A DNA stretch of 58,336 bases from Acidobacteriota bacterium. Lineage in GTDB: Bacteria; Acidobacteriota; Thermoanaerobaculia; Thermoanaerobaculales; Sulfomarinibacteraceae. The notes under the pieces were generated by a model, which was not told the origin of the DNA, ran no database searches, and saw nothing but the letters and a program-made list of their open reading frames with translations. Shown here piece after piece: positions 10,141 through 19,615 of this stretch (position 1 is its first letter; each line of letters opens with the position of its first letter). The DNA is taken from contig JAADFK010000224.1 in assembly GCA_013152925.1 (NCBI GenBank), forward strand, positions 1 to 58,336, written 5' to 3'. The translations under genes were made by a program, and so were the position numbers.

Positions 10141-10527
10141 ATGGCCGACCCCCGCCACCGCCGGGGACGCCGCGGCGAGCTGGCCGCCCTCATCCTGCTC
10201 CTGCTCAAGGGGTACCGTCCCCTCCACCGCAACTGGTCCGGCGGAGGCGGCGAGCTGGACCTGGTGGTCGCCCGCGGCCGGACCATCGTCTTCGTCGAGG
10301 TCAAGACCCGCTCGAGCCCGGCCTTCGGGGGCGGCGCCGCGGCCGTCGGCCCCGCCAAACGCCGCCACCTGGCCCGTGCCGCCACCGCCTACCTCAGCCG
10401 CTTCGCCCTCTGGGAACGCCCCACACGTTTCGACGTCATCACCGTCGAGGGCCACGGCCGCTTCCCGTGGATCGCCATCCGCCACCTCAAGGGCGCCTTC
10501 CGCCCCGACCTCGGCCGGAGGGTCTGA
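10141..10527 (+). CDS. yraN: YraN family (UPF0102) endonuclease-like protein
   Basis: GRRGE, RNW..GELDLV, FVEVKTR and RFDVI. Confidence 0.9.
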   Translation: MADPRHRRGRRGELAALILLLLKGYRPLHRNWSGGGGELDLVVARGRTIVFVEVKTRSSPAFGGGAAAVGPAKRRHLARAATAYLSRFALWERPTRFDVITVEGHGRFPWIAIRHLKGAFRPDLGRRV

Positions 10528-10735
10528 GGGGCCGGGGTTGTGGCCGTTTTCGAAACGTGTGAAGACGATTCGCGTTCCATCCGGAGAGAGGGCCGGGTTC
10601 TGTTCGCTGGCCGGTGCCGCCGGTGCGCGCAGCCGCACCGCCCCGTCGGCCCGGACGACCGTCCTGTCCGCCGTCAACCCGGACGAGGCCGTGGCCGCGA
10701 CGGCGGCGAGCACGTTGGCCAACGTGGTCCGGTGA
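10528..10735 (-). pseudogene. Fragment of a TolB/PD40-repeat protein
   Basis: One PD40 repeat, SEQNPALSPDGTRIVFTRFENG, after a signal-like segment. The frame then runs antisense into yraN. Confidence 0.55.
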
Positions 10736-10897
10736 AAACTCCGCACTGGGATTCCCGGTATATTCCACATGCCACATGCCGTCATGCCGTGCTGGACCAC
10801 GGCCACCGGCGCAGGCCTCCTCATCGCCGCCGGCCCGGAGGTGAAACCCGGGTCCGTGCAATCCGTACCACGCCCCCATGGACGGCAGGAGGTGATC

Positions 10898-11644
10898 GTG
10901 CGGCGAATCTGTTGGGCCATGGTGGCCGTGACACTGGCGGCGGGGGCCGTGGGGGCTCAGACACCGCCGGTGGCGGTCCTCGAACGCCTCCAGTCCGCGA
11001 TCAACCCCGAGGACGACGCCTTCACCGGCTCGTGGCGAATGACAACCTTCTCCGTCGTTGAAAAACCCAACGGGAAAGCGCACCACGAGGCCACCATGGA
11101 GATGAGCTGTTCCAGGGACGCCCGGGGACGGCTCCACCGCCAGGTGATCCGCTTCATCAAGGACGGCACGGACGAGACGAAGAAGATCCGGGCACGCCTC
11201 GAGAAGCAGGAAGCCGAAGGCGAAGCCGGCCGGAAGAAGAAGAACGGCAGGAAGAAGAAGGAACAAGAAGCAGACGTCGTCCCTCCCGATCCGGAGCACC
11301 GGGATCTCTACGTCTTCGAACCGCTCCCGCCGGAGGACGGAGCCGCGCGCTGCGTCTTCCGTCCCGCACCCGGTCACGCGAAGGACCGCGGCCTCCTGAC
11401 CGGCGAGCTCGCCTGGGACCCCAGGACCCTGGATCCACTGTGGATCGAGGGTGAGCTGTCACACCCCCCGGGTCCGCTCAAGGAGATGCACCTGCGAATC
11501 GAGCTCCGCCGGAACGGCGATCTCCTCTACACCTCCCGCATGGTCACAGGCGGCCTTGCCAGGATCCTCCTGCTCAAGCGCCGATTCCACGCCGACGTCC
11601 GCTTCGAAGACGTCGAACCCGCGGCACCGGCAGCCGGCGATTGA
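10898..11644 (+). CDS. Secreted hypothetical protein (possible LolA/MucB-like beta fold)
   Basis: SD GGAGG before GTG at 10898. Signal peptide ending AVGA-Q. Beta-rich C-terminal half with GELAWDP. Confidence 0.65.
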   Translation: MRRICWAMVAVTLAAGAVGAQTPPVAVLERLQSAINPEDDAFTGSWRMTTFSVVEKPNGKAHHEATMEMSCSRDARGRLHRQVIRFIKDGTDETKKIRARLEKQEAEGEAGRKKKNGRKKKEQEADVVPPDPEHRDLYVFEPLPPEDGAARCVFRPAPGHAKDRGLLTGELAWDPRTLDPLWIEGELSHPPGPLKEMHLRIELRRNGDLLYTSRMVTGGLARILLLKRRFHADVRFEDVEPAAPAAGD

Positions 11645-11774
11645 CCACGGGCATTGGCTCCCGCCCCACACTTCTTCCCTGGCGTTCCTGGCACTCTTGG
11701 CGGAAGACTCTCGTCCCTCCCGAGCCCGGAGGGGGCACGGCGCCGTTCGGGGGCTCGTGGCAGCCGGCCTGTGC

Positions 11775-11932
11775 TAACCTCCGGGGGCGGGAACAACGTG
11801 GGCGGAACAGGGCCGTCCGGGGGACCTCGCCGTGCCGCTGGCCGGTGGCGGCCCTCGAGCCCGGGCGGACGGGTCGCGGCCCCAGCCTTCGGGAAATCGG
11901 CCCCGAAGGTGTTCCGCTCCCGAAGGAGGCGC
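11775..11932 (+). promoter_or_regulatory. Putative extended -10 promoter and structured 5' leader of the xdh operon (riboswitch candidate)
   Basis: TGcTAACCT with the hexamer at 11775-11780. Stems 11800-11809/11910-11919, 11813-11819/11866-11872 and 11886-11893/11902-11909. Alternative pairing 11886-11894/11918-11926 overlaps the SD. Confidence 0.35.
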
Positions 11933-13363
11933 ATGTCCGAGGGAGGTATCCGGCTGATCCTCAACGGTGAGGCCGTCACGGCGTCCATGGCGCCGGGCGG
12001 GGTTGTGCTCGACTTCCTGCGCCGGGAACGGGGCCTCAGGGGGACCAAGGAGGGGTGCCGCGAGGGAGATTGCGGCGCCTGCACGGTGCTGCTCGGAGAA
12101 CGCGCGGGCTCGGGCATGCGCTACCGCGCCGTGGCCTCCTGCCTGCTCCCGGTCGCCGAGCTGGCGGGGCGGCACCTGGTGAGCATCGAGGGCCTCGACG
12201 GAGAGAGGCTCTCCGCCATCCAGAGGGCCATCGTGGAGGAGGGCGCCACCCAGTGCGGTTTCTGCACGCCGGGCCTCGTGGTGGCGCTGACGGGGTTTCT
12301 GCTGACGAGCCCCGGCCTGGGCGAGGAGGATGCCATGGAGGCCATCGACGGCAACATCTGCCGCTGCACGGGCTACGCCTCCATCCGGAGGGCCGTCCGG
12401 CGCCTCGTGGACGGCCTGGAGCTCGAGCCCGGGGCCCTGGAGACGCGGCACGAGGCCCTGGCGGCGGCCGGCTTGCTGCCGCCCCTGTTCGCCGGTATCG
12501 CCGCGCGGCTGGATGCCCTCGAGCACGCACCCGCGAGTGCCGACGCCGGAGGCATCCCCGTGGCCGGCGGCACCGACCTCTTCGTCGTGGAGGCCGCGCG
12601 GCTTCGGAAGGAACGGCTGCGCCTGCTGTCGCGGGAGCGGCGGGGCGAGCCCGTCTCCGAGGAGGGGAATCTCATCGTCCTCGACGCCGCCTCCACCATG
12701 GAGGAGCTCCGGCAGAGCCCGCTCCTCGAGGCCTGCTTCCCCTCGTGGAGGCGGTTCCTGGGCCTCCATTCCTCGACGCTGATCCGCAACCGGGCGACGC
12801 CGGCGGGCAACATCGCCCACGCCTCGCCCATCGGCGACATGTCCGTCGTCCTGCTGGCCCTGGACGCCCGGCTCCAGATCGGGCGGGACGGCGAACGGGC
12901 CCGTACCGTGGCGCTCGACCGCTTCTTCCTGGGCTACAAGGAGACCGATCTCGCCCCCGGCGAGCTCATCACGCGCATCCTCGTGCCGCGGCCGGCGCCG
13001 GCCAGCCGCTTCAACTTCGAGAAGGTCTCGCGCCGCCAGCACCTGGACATCGCCTCGGTCAACACGGCCTTCTCCTGCACCGTGGAGGACGGCGCCATCG
13101 GCACGGCGCGGCTCTCCGCGGGCGGCGTCGCCCCCATCCCGCTGTACCTGGCGGAAAGCTCCGCCTGGCTGAGCGGACGCCCGGTCTCCGTTGCAACGGC
13201 CCTGGGGGCCGCGGAGCGTGCGGCCGCAGAGATCACGCCCATCTCCGACGTCCGGGGCTCAGCGGACTACAAGCGCCGGCTGCTGCGGCGCCTCGTGCTG
13301 GCCCATTTCGTCACCTGCTTCCCCGGGCTCCCGCAGGAGGAGATCGCCCATGCCATCGCCTGA
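11933..13363 (+). CDS. xdhA: Xanthine dehydrogenase small subunit (2Fe-2S/FAD)
   Basis: GTKEGCREGDCGAC, QCGFCTPG, GNICRCTGY, AGGTDL, IRNRAT and PISDVRGS. Confidence 0.93.
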   Translation: MSEGGIRLILNGEAVTASMAPGGVVLDFLRRERGLRGTKEGCREGDCGACTVLLGERAGSGMRYRAVASCLLPVAELAGRHLVSIEGLDGERLSAIQRAIVEEGATQCGFCTPGLVVALTGFLLTSPGLGEEDAMEAIDGNICRCTGYASIRRAVRRLVDGLELEPGALETRHEALAAAGLLPPLFAGIAARLDALEHAPASADAGGIPVAGGTDLFVVEAARLRKERLRLLSRERRGEPVSEEGNLIVLDAASTMEELRQSPLLEACFPSWRRFLGLHSSTLIRNRATPAGNIAHASPIGDMSVVLLALDARLQIGRDGERARTVALDRFFLGYKETDLAPGELITRILVPRPAPASRFNFEKVSRRQHLDIASVNTAFSCTVEDGAIGTARLSAGGVAPIPLYLAESSAWLSGRPVSVATALGAAERAAAEITPISDVRGSADYKRRLLRRLVLAHFVTCFPGLPQEEIAHAIA

Positions 13364-15632
13364 TGCCGTGGCCCACGTGCGGGCCCGCTCACCCTTCGTG
13401 GACGACCTCCCCGAGCCCGAAGGGACGCTGCACGGCGCCGTGCTGCCCTCCCCCGTTGCCCACGGCCGGATCCTGCGGCTGGACACGGCCCCGGCCCTCG
13501 CCATGCCGGGCGTCGCCGCCGTGCTCACCGCGGCGGACGTCCCCGGCGAGAACCAGATCGGCGGCATCGTCCAGGACGAGGCCCTCCTGGCCCAGGGCGA
13601 GGTCCACCACGTGGGACAGCCCGTGGCCCTGGTGGTGGCAGCCACTCCCCGGCAGGCCCGCGCGGCCCGCGACCTCATCGCCCTCGAGATCGAGGAGCTC
13701 GAGGCCGTCTTCGACCCGCGGCGCGCCGCCGAGCGGGGCAAGCTCATCGCGCCGGCCCGCACCATCGCGTGCGGTGACGTGGACGAAGCCTGGGCGCGCT
13801 GCGCCACCATCGTCGAGGGCCGCGCGGATTCCGGCGCCCAGGAGCACCTCTACCTTGAAACCCAGGCCTGCCTGGCCGTCCCCGAGGCGCGGGGCCGGCT
13901 CCATCTCTTCCCGGCCACCCAGTCCCCCAGCGGCGTGCAGCGCATCACGGCACGGGTTCTGGGCCTCCAGATGCACGACATCGAGGTGGAGGTCCAGCGT
14001 CTGGGCGGCGCCTTCGGCGGCAAGGAGGACCAGGCCACACCGTGGGCGGTGATGGCAGCCCTGGCCGCGCACCGGCTGGCGCGGCCCGTCAAGATCGTGC
14101 TCGGCCGGGGCGAGGACATGCGGATGACGGGCAAGCGCCACCCCTACTCCACCGACTTCCGGCTGGGCCTCGACGGCGAGGGCCGCTTCCTGGCCTTTGA
14201 AGCCACCTACTACCAGAGCTCTGGCGCGGCCGCCGACCTCTCCACGGCCATCCTTCAGCGCACCCTGTTCCACGCCACCAACGCCTACTTCGTCCCCAAC
14301 GTCCGGGTCACCGGTTTCTGCTGCCGGACCAACCTGCCGCCCTTCACGGCCTTTCGCGGCTTCGGCGGACCCCAGGCCATGTTCGTCATGGAGTCGGCCA
14401 TCGCCGCTGCCGCCGAGCGCCTGGGCCGTCCCGCCCGGGAGCTCCAGGAGCTCAACCTGCTCCGCGAGAACGATCCCCTGCCCTACGGCATGCGCGTCCG
14501 ACGGGCCAACGCCCGCCGCAGCTTCGCCGAGGCCGTGGAACGTTTCGGCCTCGGGCGGCGGCTCCGCGAGATCGAGGAGCACAACGCCGCCTCCCCGCTT
14601 CTCAAGCGCGGCCTGGCTCTCATGCCGGTTTGCTTCGGCATCTCCTTCACCAATGCCTCCCTCAACCAGGCCGGCGCCCTGGTGCACATCTACACCGACG
14701 GCAGCGTCAGCCTCAGCACGGCCGCCGTGGAGATGGGCCAGGGCGTGGCCACCAAGATCCGGCGCATCGCCGCCGGAGCGCTCGGGATCTCCGAGAGACG
14801 GATCCGCGTGGAGAGCACGAGCACTTCGCGGGTGGCCAACATGTCGCCCACCGCCGCCAGCACCGCCACGGATTTGAACGGCATGGCGGCGCTCCTCGCC
14901 TGCCGGATGCTGGCCAGCAGGCTCCGGACCTCGGCGGCGGAGCTCCTCGATGTGCGCGCCGAGGATCTCGAGCTGCGCGGCGAGCGGGTCCTCCTCTCGG
15001 GCGAGGTGACCGATCTTGGCTGGAACGAGCTCGTGGCCGCAACGTGGAAACGCCGGGTGGACCTGACAGCCCACGCCTTCTACTCCACGCCGAACCTCCA
15101 CTTCGATCCCGAGGAGGGGAGGGGCCGGCCATTCGCCTACCACGTCTTCGGCACGGCCATGGTGGAAGCCACGGTGGACCTGCTCCGGGGCACGGCCACG
15201 GTCGACGCCGTCCACGTGGTCCACGACGCGGGCCGCAGCCTCGACCCGCTGGTGGATCGTGGCCAGGCGGAAGGTGGCATCGTTCAGGGCCTGGGCTGGA
15301 TGACCATGGAGGATCTCGTCCACGCCGAGGACGGGCGCCTCCTCTCGGACTCCCTGGCGACCTACAAGATCCCCGACCTGCACTTCACTCCAACGGCCCT
15401 GGAGGTGGTCTTTCTCGAAGACGCCGCCAACCCCGCGGCCGTCCTCCAGACCAAGGCCATCGGCGAGCCGCCCTTCATGTATGGCATCGGCGCGTTCTTC
15501 GCCATCCGCAACGCCATCTGCGCCGCGCGTCCCCTGGCCGTGGACCGTTTCGTCGCCCCCCTGACCAACGAGCGGATCCTCGGGATGTTGGATGGGAAGC
15601 GTGAAGAGCAAGGAGCGAGGAGTGAGGAGTGA
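13350..15632 (+). CDS. xdhB: Xanthine dehydrogenase molybdopterin-binding subunit
   Basis: QEHLYLETQ, GGAFGGKE, TGKRH, AFRGFGGPQ, EMGQG and KAIGEPP (catalytic Glu). Confidence 0.95.
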   Translation: MPSPDAVAHVRARSPFVDDLPEPEGTLHGAVLPSPVAHGRILRLDTAPALAMPGVAAVLTAADVPGENQIGGIVQDEALLAQGEVHHVGQPVALVVAATPRQARAARDLIALEIEELEAVFDPRRAAERGKLIAPARTIACGDVDEAWARCATIVEGRADSGAQEHLYLETQACLAVPEARGRLHLFPATQSPSGVQRITARVLGLQMHDIEVEVQRLGGAFGGKEDQATPWAVMAALAAHRLARPVKIVLGRGEDMRMTGKRHPYSTDFRLGLDGEGRFLAFEATYYQSSGAAADLSTAILQRTLFHATNAYFVPNVRVTGFCCRTNLPPFTAFRGFGGPQAMFVMESAIAAAAERLGRPARELQELNLLRENDPLPYGMRVRRANARRSFAEAVERFGLGRRLREIEEHNAASPLLKRGLALMPVCFGISFTNASLNQAGALVHIYTDGSVSLSTAAVEMGQGVATKIRRIAAGALGISERRIRVESTSTSRVANMSPTAASTATDLNGMAALLACRMLASRLRTSAAELLDVRAEDLELRGERVLLSGEVTDLGWNELVAATWKRRVDLTAHAFYSTPNLHFDPEEGRGRPFAYHVFGTAMVEATVDLLRGTATVDAVHVVHDAGRSLDPLVDRGQAEGGIVQGLGWMTMEDLVHAEDGRLLSDSLATYKIPDLHFTPTALEVVFLEDAANPAAVLQTKAIGEPPFMYGIGAFFAIRNAICAARPLAVDRFVAPLTNERILGMLDGKREEQGARSEE

Positions 15633-15637
15633 GGAGA
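15603..15637 (+). repeat. Degenerate purine-rich heptamer tandem repeat (GAGGAGT-like x5)
   Basis: GAAGAGC AAGGAGC GAGGAGT GAGGAGT GAGGAGA, spanning the xdhB stop codon. Confidence 0.6.
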
Positions 15638-15800
15638 CCGTGGGGCCGGGGCGTGCGTGGAAGCCGCATGGCTTCCCCCGCCGTCCCATCCCGCTGAGCC
15701 CCCCCCGGGGAGCGCGGGCTTGGGCCCGCGCCTTCGGCTGGGGCTCCCAGGTGCGAACCGGGGTCCGCGCTCCGGATGGGGCCCGGCGGCGGATACGGCC

Positions 15801-16301
15801 GTGAAGCTGCGTCTCGAACGGCGGGACGTCCTCAACGGCGCCCTCATCTACGCCGCGGGCGACACCGTGGCGGCGGCGATCCTCGGCCAGCTCAGCGCGA
15901 CGCGCCTGGCCGGCATGATGCTCGTGGGCGCCACGGTCTACGCCTTCGAGATCCCCAACTACTTCCGGTGGATCGACCGGCGGACGGAGGGGATGCCCCG
16001 CGGATGGCGTTTCGCGGCGGCCCGCACGGGCCTGGCCCTCCTCTACTTCAACCCACTGTGGATCGCCCGTCACCTGCTCTTCATCGCCGTCTTTTCCGGC
16101 CGGTGGGAGACGGCCGGCTGGGGACTGCTCCACACGGCGCTCCTGTCCTGGCTCTTCAACATCCCGCTCTCGGCCATCGGCAATTACATCATCCAGGTAT
16201 GGCTGTCCTTCCGCTGGCGCTTCGTGGGGAGCGCCGTCTTCTCCGGACTGATGGCGGTCTACTATGCTCTCTCGGGGGTGTGGTTCCATGCGGGAGACTG
16301 A
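15801..16301 (+). CDS. Mpv17/PMP22 family 4-TM membrane protein
   Basis: Segments match MPV17 by eye: GALIYAAGDTVA, RLAGMMLVG, YFRWIDR, FNPLW, GNY..FRWR and MAVYYALS. About 166 aa from a GTG start. Confidence 0.8.
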   Translation: MKLRLERRDVLNGALIYAAGDTVAAAILGQLSATRLAGMMLVGATVYAFEIPNYFRWIDRRTEGMPRGWRFAAARTGLALLYFNPLWIARHLLFIAVFSGRWETAGWGLLHTALLSWLFNIPLSAIGNYIIQVWLSFRWRFVGSAVFSGLMAVYYALSGVWFHAGD

Positions 16302-17291
16302 GCTGTGGAAAGCGGCCGCCGCCTCCGTCGAGGCGGGGAAGGCGGTCTGCCTGATCGTCATGGTGCATGCCACGGGACACGGACCCAACCGGCCCGGAGC
16401 CAAGATGACCGTCACCGCCGGCGGGGACCGCCGCGGCACCGTCGGCGGCGGGGCGGCCGAACGCTCGCTGTTCCACGCCGCCGAATCGGCCCTGGCCGAT
16501 GGCGATCCTCCCCCGCCGCGAGCTCTCACCCTCGAGCACCATGGCGATTCCGGACCCCGTGCCTCCGGCATGATCTGCTCCGGCACCCAGACCTTCGTGC
16601 TCCTGCGCCTGGCGGAGCGCGACCTGCCGGCGCTCCGCGCACTGGCCGGAGCCCACGCCGAGGGCCGCCCGGGCTGCCTGGAGATCACCCCGGCGGGCCT
16701 CGATTTCACCGCCGGTGCCACCTGCGAACAAAGCTGGGACGGCACCGCCGGCCGATGGCGCTACCGGGAGCCCGCCGGCTGCCGCATCACCGTCACCCTC
16801 GTCGGCGGTGGCCACGTGGCCCTGGCCCTGACCCCCCTCCTGGTGCGCCTGGGCTTCCACACCGTCGTCCTGGACGACCGCCCCGGCCTGGACACCCTCG
16901 AGGCCAACACCCTGGCGGACGAACGAAGAACCGTCGATTACGCCCGCATCCGCGAGCACGTTCCTCCAGGCCCCACGAGCTACGTTTGCATCATGACCCA
17001 CGGCCACCGTCACGACGAGCAGCTCCTGGAGAAGCTCCTCGGCCACCCCCTGGGCTATCTCGGCATGATGGGCAGCCCCCCCAAGGTCGCGGCCATCCGC
17101 GGAAACCTCCTCGCCCGCGGCGTCCCCCCGACGCCGTCCACGCCCCAATCGGCCTACCCATCGGCAGCAACACCCCCGAAGAGATTGCCGTCGCCATCGC
17201 CGCCGAGCTGATCGCCGTCCGGAACGGCGCGATCGCTGCCGGCGGCATCGATGCCATCCATGGGAGATCTCGATCTTTTACCCTGACGTGA
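16288..17291 (+). pseudogene. xdhC: XdhC/CoxI Moco insertion chaperone, frameshifted near 17130 (real or assembly error)
   Basis: GAKM, GTVGGG, GMICSG, VGGGHVA, MTHGHRHD and YLGMMGS lie in one frame. The conserved tail VHAPIGLPIGSNTPEEIAVAIAAELI lies in another frame that ends at 17291. Confidence 0.85.
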
Positions 17292-17360
17292 CGGTGGAGA
17301 CCGAGCCGTGACCCTCTTTGGGGCGGACTGCCGTATCATCCTCCCGTTTGGGGGTGCGCG

Positions 17361-18668
17361 GTGGAACGCATTGGCGTTGTCGGTGTTAGCTACCGGACCA
17401 CGAAGGTGGACAGCTTGGCCGCGGCGGCCCTGCCGCCGGAGACCGGTGCCAGCGAGCTTGGGGAGCTGGCACGGCTGGCCGGGTTTTCCGAGATGGTCTA
17501 CCTGGCCACATGTAACCGGGTGGAGTTCTACTTCCGCGCCCAGGCCGGGAACCACGACGAGTCGATCCTCTTCCACCTGCGCCGGACCATCGCCGACCTG
17601 ACGGGTGGCACCAGCCAGCTGCCCTGCGAGGACGAGCTGTACCTGCTCCGGGGCATGGACGCCGCCCGTCACCTCTTCCGCGTGACGGCGGCCCTGGACT
17701 CCATGATGGTCGGGGAGGCCCAGATCGCCGGCCAGGTCAAGAAGGCCCACGAGACGGCCCACGAGGCCGGCATCCTGGGCGGGCTCCTGGACCAGACCTT
17801 TCACGAGAGCTTCCACCTGGCCAAGCGGATCCGGAACGAGACGGAGCTGACCCTGCGGCCGGTCTCCCTGGTCACACTGGTCCAGCGGAAGATGGAGTCC
17901 CACCTTGCAGCATCTTCCGCCGCCGTTCTCATCCTCGGTGCCGGGGAGATGGCCGGGCAATGCCTCCGGATGGTCCGTTCCATCGACGCCGGACGCCACG
18001 TGCTCGTGGGCAACAGGACACCGGAGCGCGCCGCGGAGCTCGTGCACGGGGACCCCATGGCCTGGAGCCTCCCGCTGGATTCGGTCGCCCTGGAGCCCCC
18101 CGTGGCGGGCCTCGTCCTGGCCGCCACCTCGGCCGAGGAGCCGATCCTGGACCCCGGCCAGGTGGAGGCGATCCGCCGGGGGCTCCCCGCCGACGAGCCC
18201 CTGCTGATCGTCGACCTGGCCCTGCCGCCCAACGTGGACCCCGGAGCACGTTCGCTGGACGGTGTCGAGCTCGTGGGCATCGAGGAGATGCGCGAGGAGG
18301 CCGAGGCCAACCGGGAGCGGCGTCTGGCGGAGATGGAACGCTGCGAGGAGCTGGTGGACCACCAGCTCGTCATCCTGCGGCGCCGGGTCCTGGACCGCTC
18401 TCTCTCCCCCGTGGCCCGCAACCTCCACAGCAGTTTCGACGACCTGGCCCGGCGTGCCGTGGAGCAGACCATGAATCACGATCTGGCCCATCTACCCCCC
18501 GAGGACCGGGAGACCGTCGAGCGGATGACCCGCACGCTGGTCAAGCGCCTGGTCCAGGTCCCCCTGCGCGGCCTCAAGGGCGCTGCCTGGGAGCACTCGG
18601 CCTCCGTGCTGGACAGCTTCCTGCGAGGTCTCGACGGCGTCAAGGCCGGGCATGGGGAGGCCTCATGA
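17361..18668 (+). CDS. hemA: Glutamyl-tRNA reductase
   Basis: LATCNRVEFY, LDSMMVGEAQIAGQVK, GAGEMA and DLALP. Confidence 0.95.
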   Translation: MERIGVVGVSYRTTKVDSLAAAALPPETGASELGELARLAGFSEMVYLATCNRVEFYFRAQAGNHDESILFHLRRTIADLTGGTSQLPCEDELYLLRGMDAARHLFRVTAALDSMMVGEAQIAGQVKKAHETAHEAGILGGLLDQTFHESFHLAKRIRNETELTLRPVSLVTLVQRKMESHLAASSAAVLILGAGEMAGQCLRMVRSIDAGRHVLVGNRTPERAAELVHGDPMAWSLPLDSVALEPPVAGLVLAATSAEEPILDPGQVEAIRRGLPADEPLLIVDLALPPNVDPGARSLDGVELVGIEEMREEAEANRERRLAEMERCEELVDHQLVILRRRVLDRSLSPVARNLHSSFDDLARRAVEQTMNHDLAHLPPEDRETVERMTRTLVKRLVQVPLRGLKGAAWEHSASVLDSFLRGLDGVKAGHGEAS

Positions 18669-19615
18669 CGACACCCGCGCCTCCTCTCCGCATCGGCACC
18701 CGGGGCTCCGACCTGGCGCTGTGGCAAGCCCGCCGCGTCGCCGGCCTCATCGAGGGGCGCCTGGAACGGGCCGCCGAGCTCGTAGTCATCACCACCAAGG
18801 GCGACCGCGTCCAGAACGTCTCCTTCCACAAGATGGAGGGCAAGGGTTTCTTCACCAAGGAGCTCCAGCAAGCGCTCCTGGACGAGCGGGTGGACCTGGT
18901 CGTCCACTCCCTCAAGGATCTTCCCACCGAGGAGCCGGAGGGACTGGACGTCGTGGCCGTTCCCGAACGCACCACGGCCGCCGACCTCCTGATTGCCCGG
19001 AAGGACCTCCTCCAGCCGACGCCCGCCAGGCCGCTGGGCCTCCCCGAGGGGTCCCGCCTGGGAACCTCCTCCCTGCGCCGCGCCGCTCAGGCCCTGGCCC
19101 TGCAGCCGGACCTCCGGGTCCGGGCGCTCCGGGGCAACGTGCCCACCCGTATCCGCAAGCTCCGGGAGGGGCTCTACGACGCCATCCTGCTGGCTGCGGC
19201 CGGCGTCGGCCGGCTCGAGCTTGACATGGAGGGTCTCGACCTCCAGGAGCTGCCACCCGAGGTCATGCTCCCCGCGCCGGGGCAGGGCGCCCTGGCCATC
19301 GAGGCACGGATCGGAGACCCCCGGACCGGTGATCTCGCCGTGCTACACGATGCCGGGGCCGCCCGGCTGGTCCACGCGGAACGTCACCTTCTGGGCCTGC
19401 TCGGGGGCGGCTGCCACCTCCCGCTGGGCTGCCTGGCCACGGCCGAGGAGGACGGCGCCGTACGCCTCCAGGCGGTGCTCGGCGCCGTGGACGAGGCCAT
19501 CACCCGGGCCGTTGTCACCCGCGTGGCCGCCGTGGCGCCCCAGCCCGAAGCGGCCGCCCGAGCCTGCCAGCGGGCCATCGAGCTGGCCGAGCCCTCCCTG
19601 GATCCGGCACCATGA
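18665..19615 (+). CDS. hemC: Hydroxymethylbilane synthase
   Basis: IGTRGSDLALWQA, KGFFTKE, VHSLKD, GTSSLRR, RGNVPTR and GGGCHLP. Confidence 0.96.
   Translation: MTTPAPPLRIGTRGSDLALWQARRVAGLIEGRLERAAELVVITTKGDRVQNVSFHKMEGKGFFTKELQQALLDERVDLVVHSLKDLPTEEPEGLDVVAVPERTTAADLLIARKDLLQPTPARPLGLPEGSRLGTSSLRRAAQALALQPDLRVRALRGNVPTRIRKLREGLYDAILLAAAGVGRLELDMEGLDLQELPPEVMLPAPGQGALAIEARIGDPRTGDLAVLHDAGAARLVHAERHLLGLLGGGCHLPLGCLATAEEDGAVRLQAVLGAVDEAITRAVVTRVAAVAPQPEAAARACQRAIELAEPSLDPAP

Noticed and set aside
13389-16745. 1118-aa minus-strand ORF and other long antisense or alternate-frame ORFs (e.g. 29179-31884, 4833-6449, 40331-41917)
   Set aside because: Shadow ORFs of well-supported genes, expected at high GC. 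No recognisable motifs.
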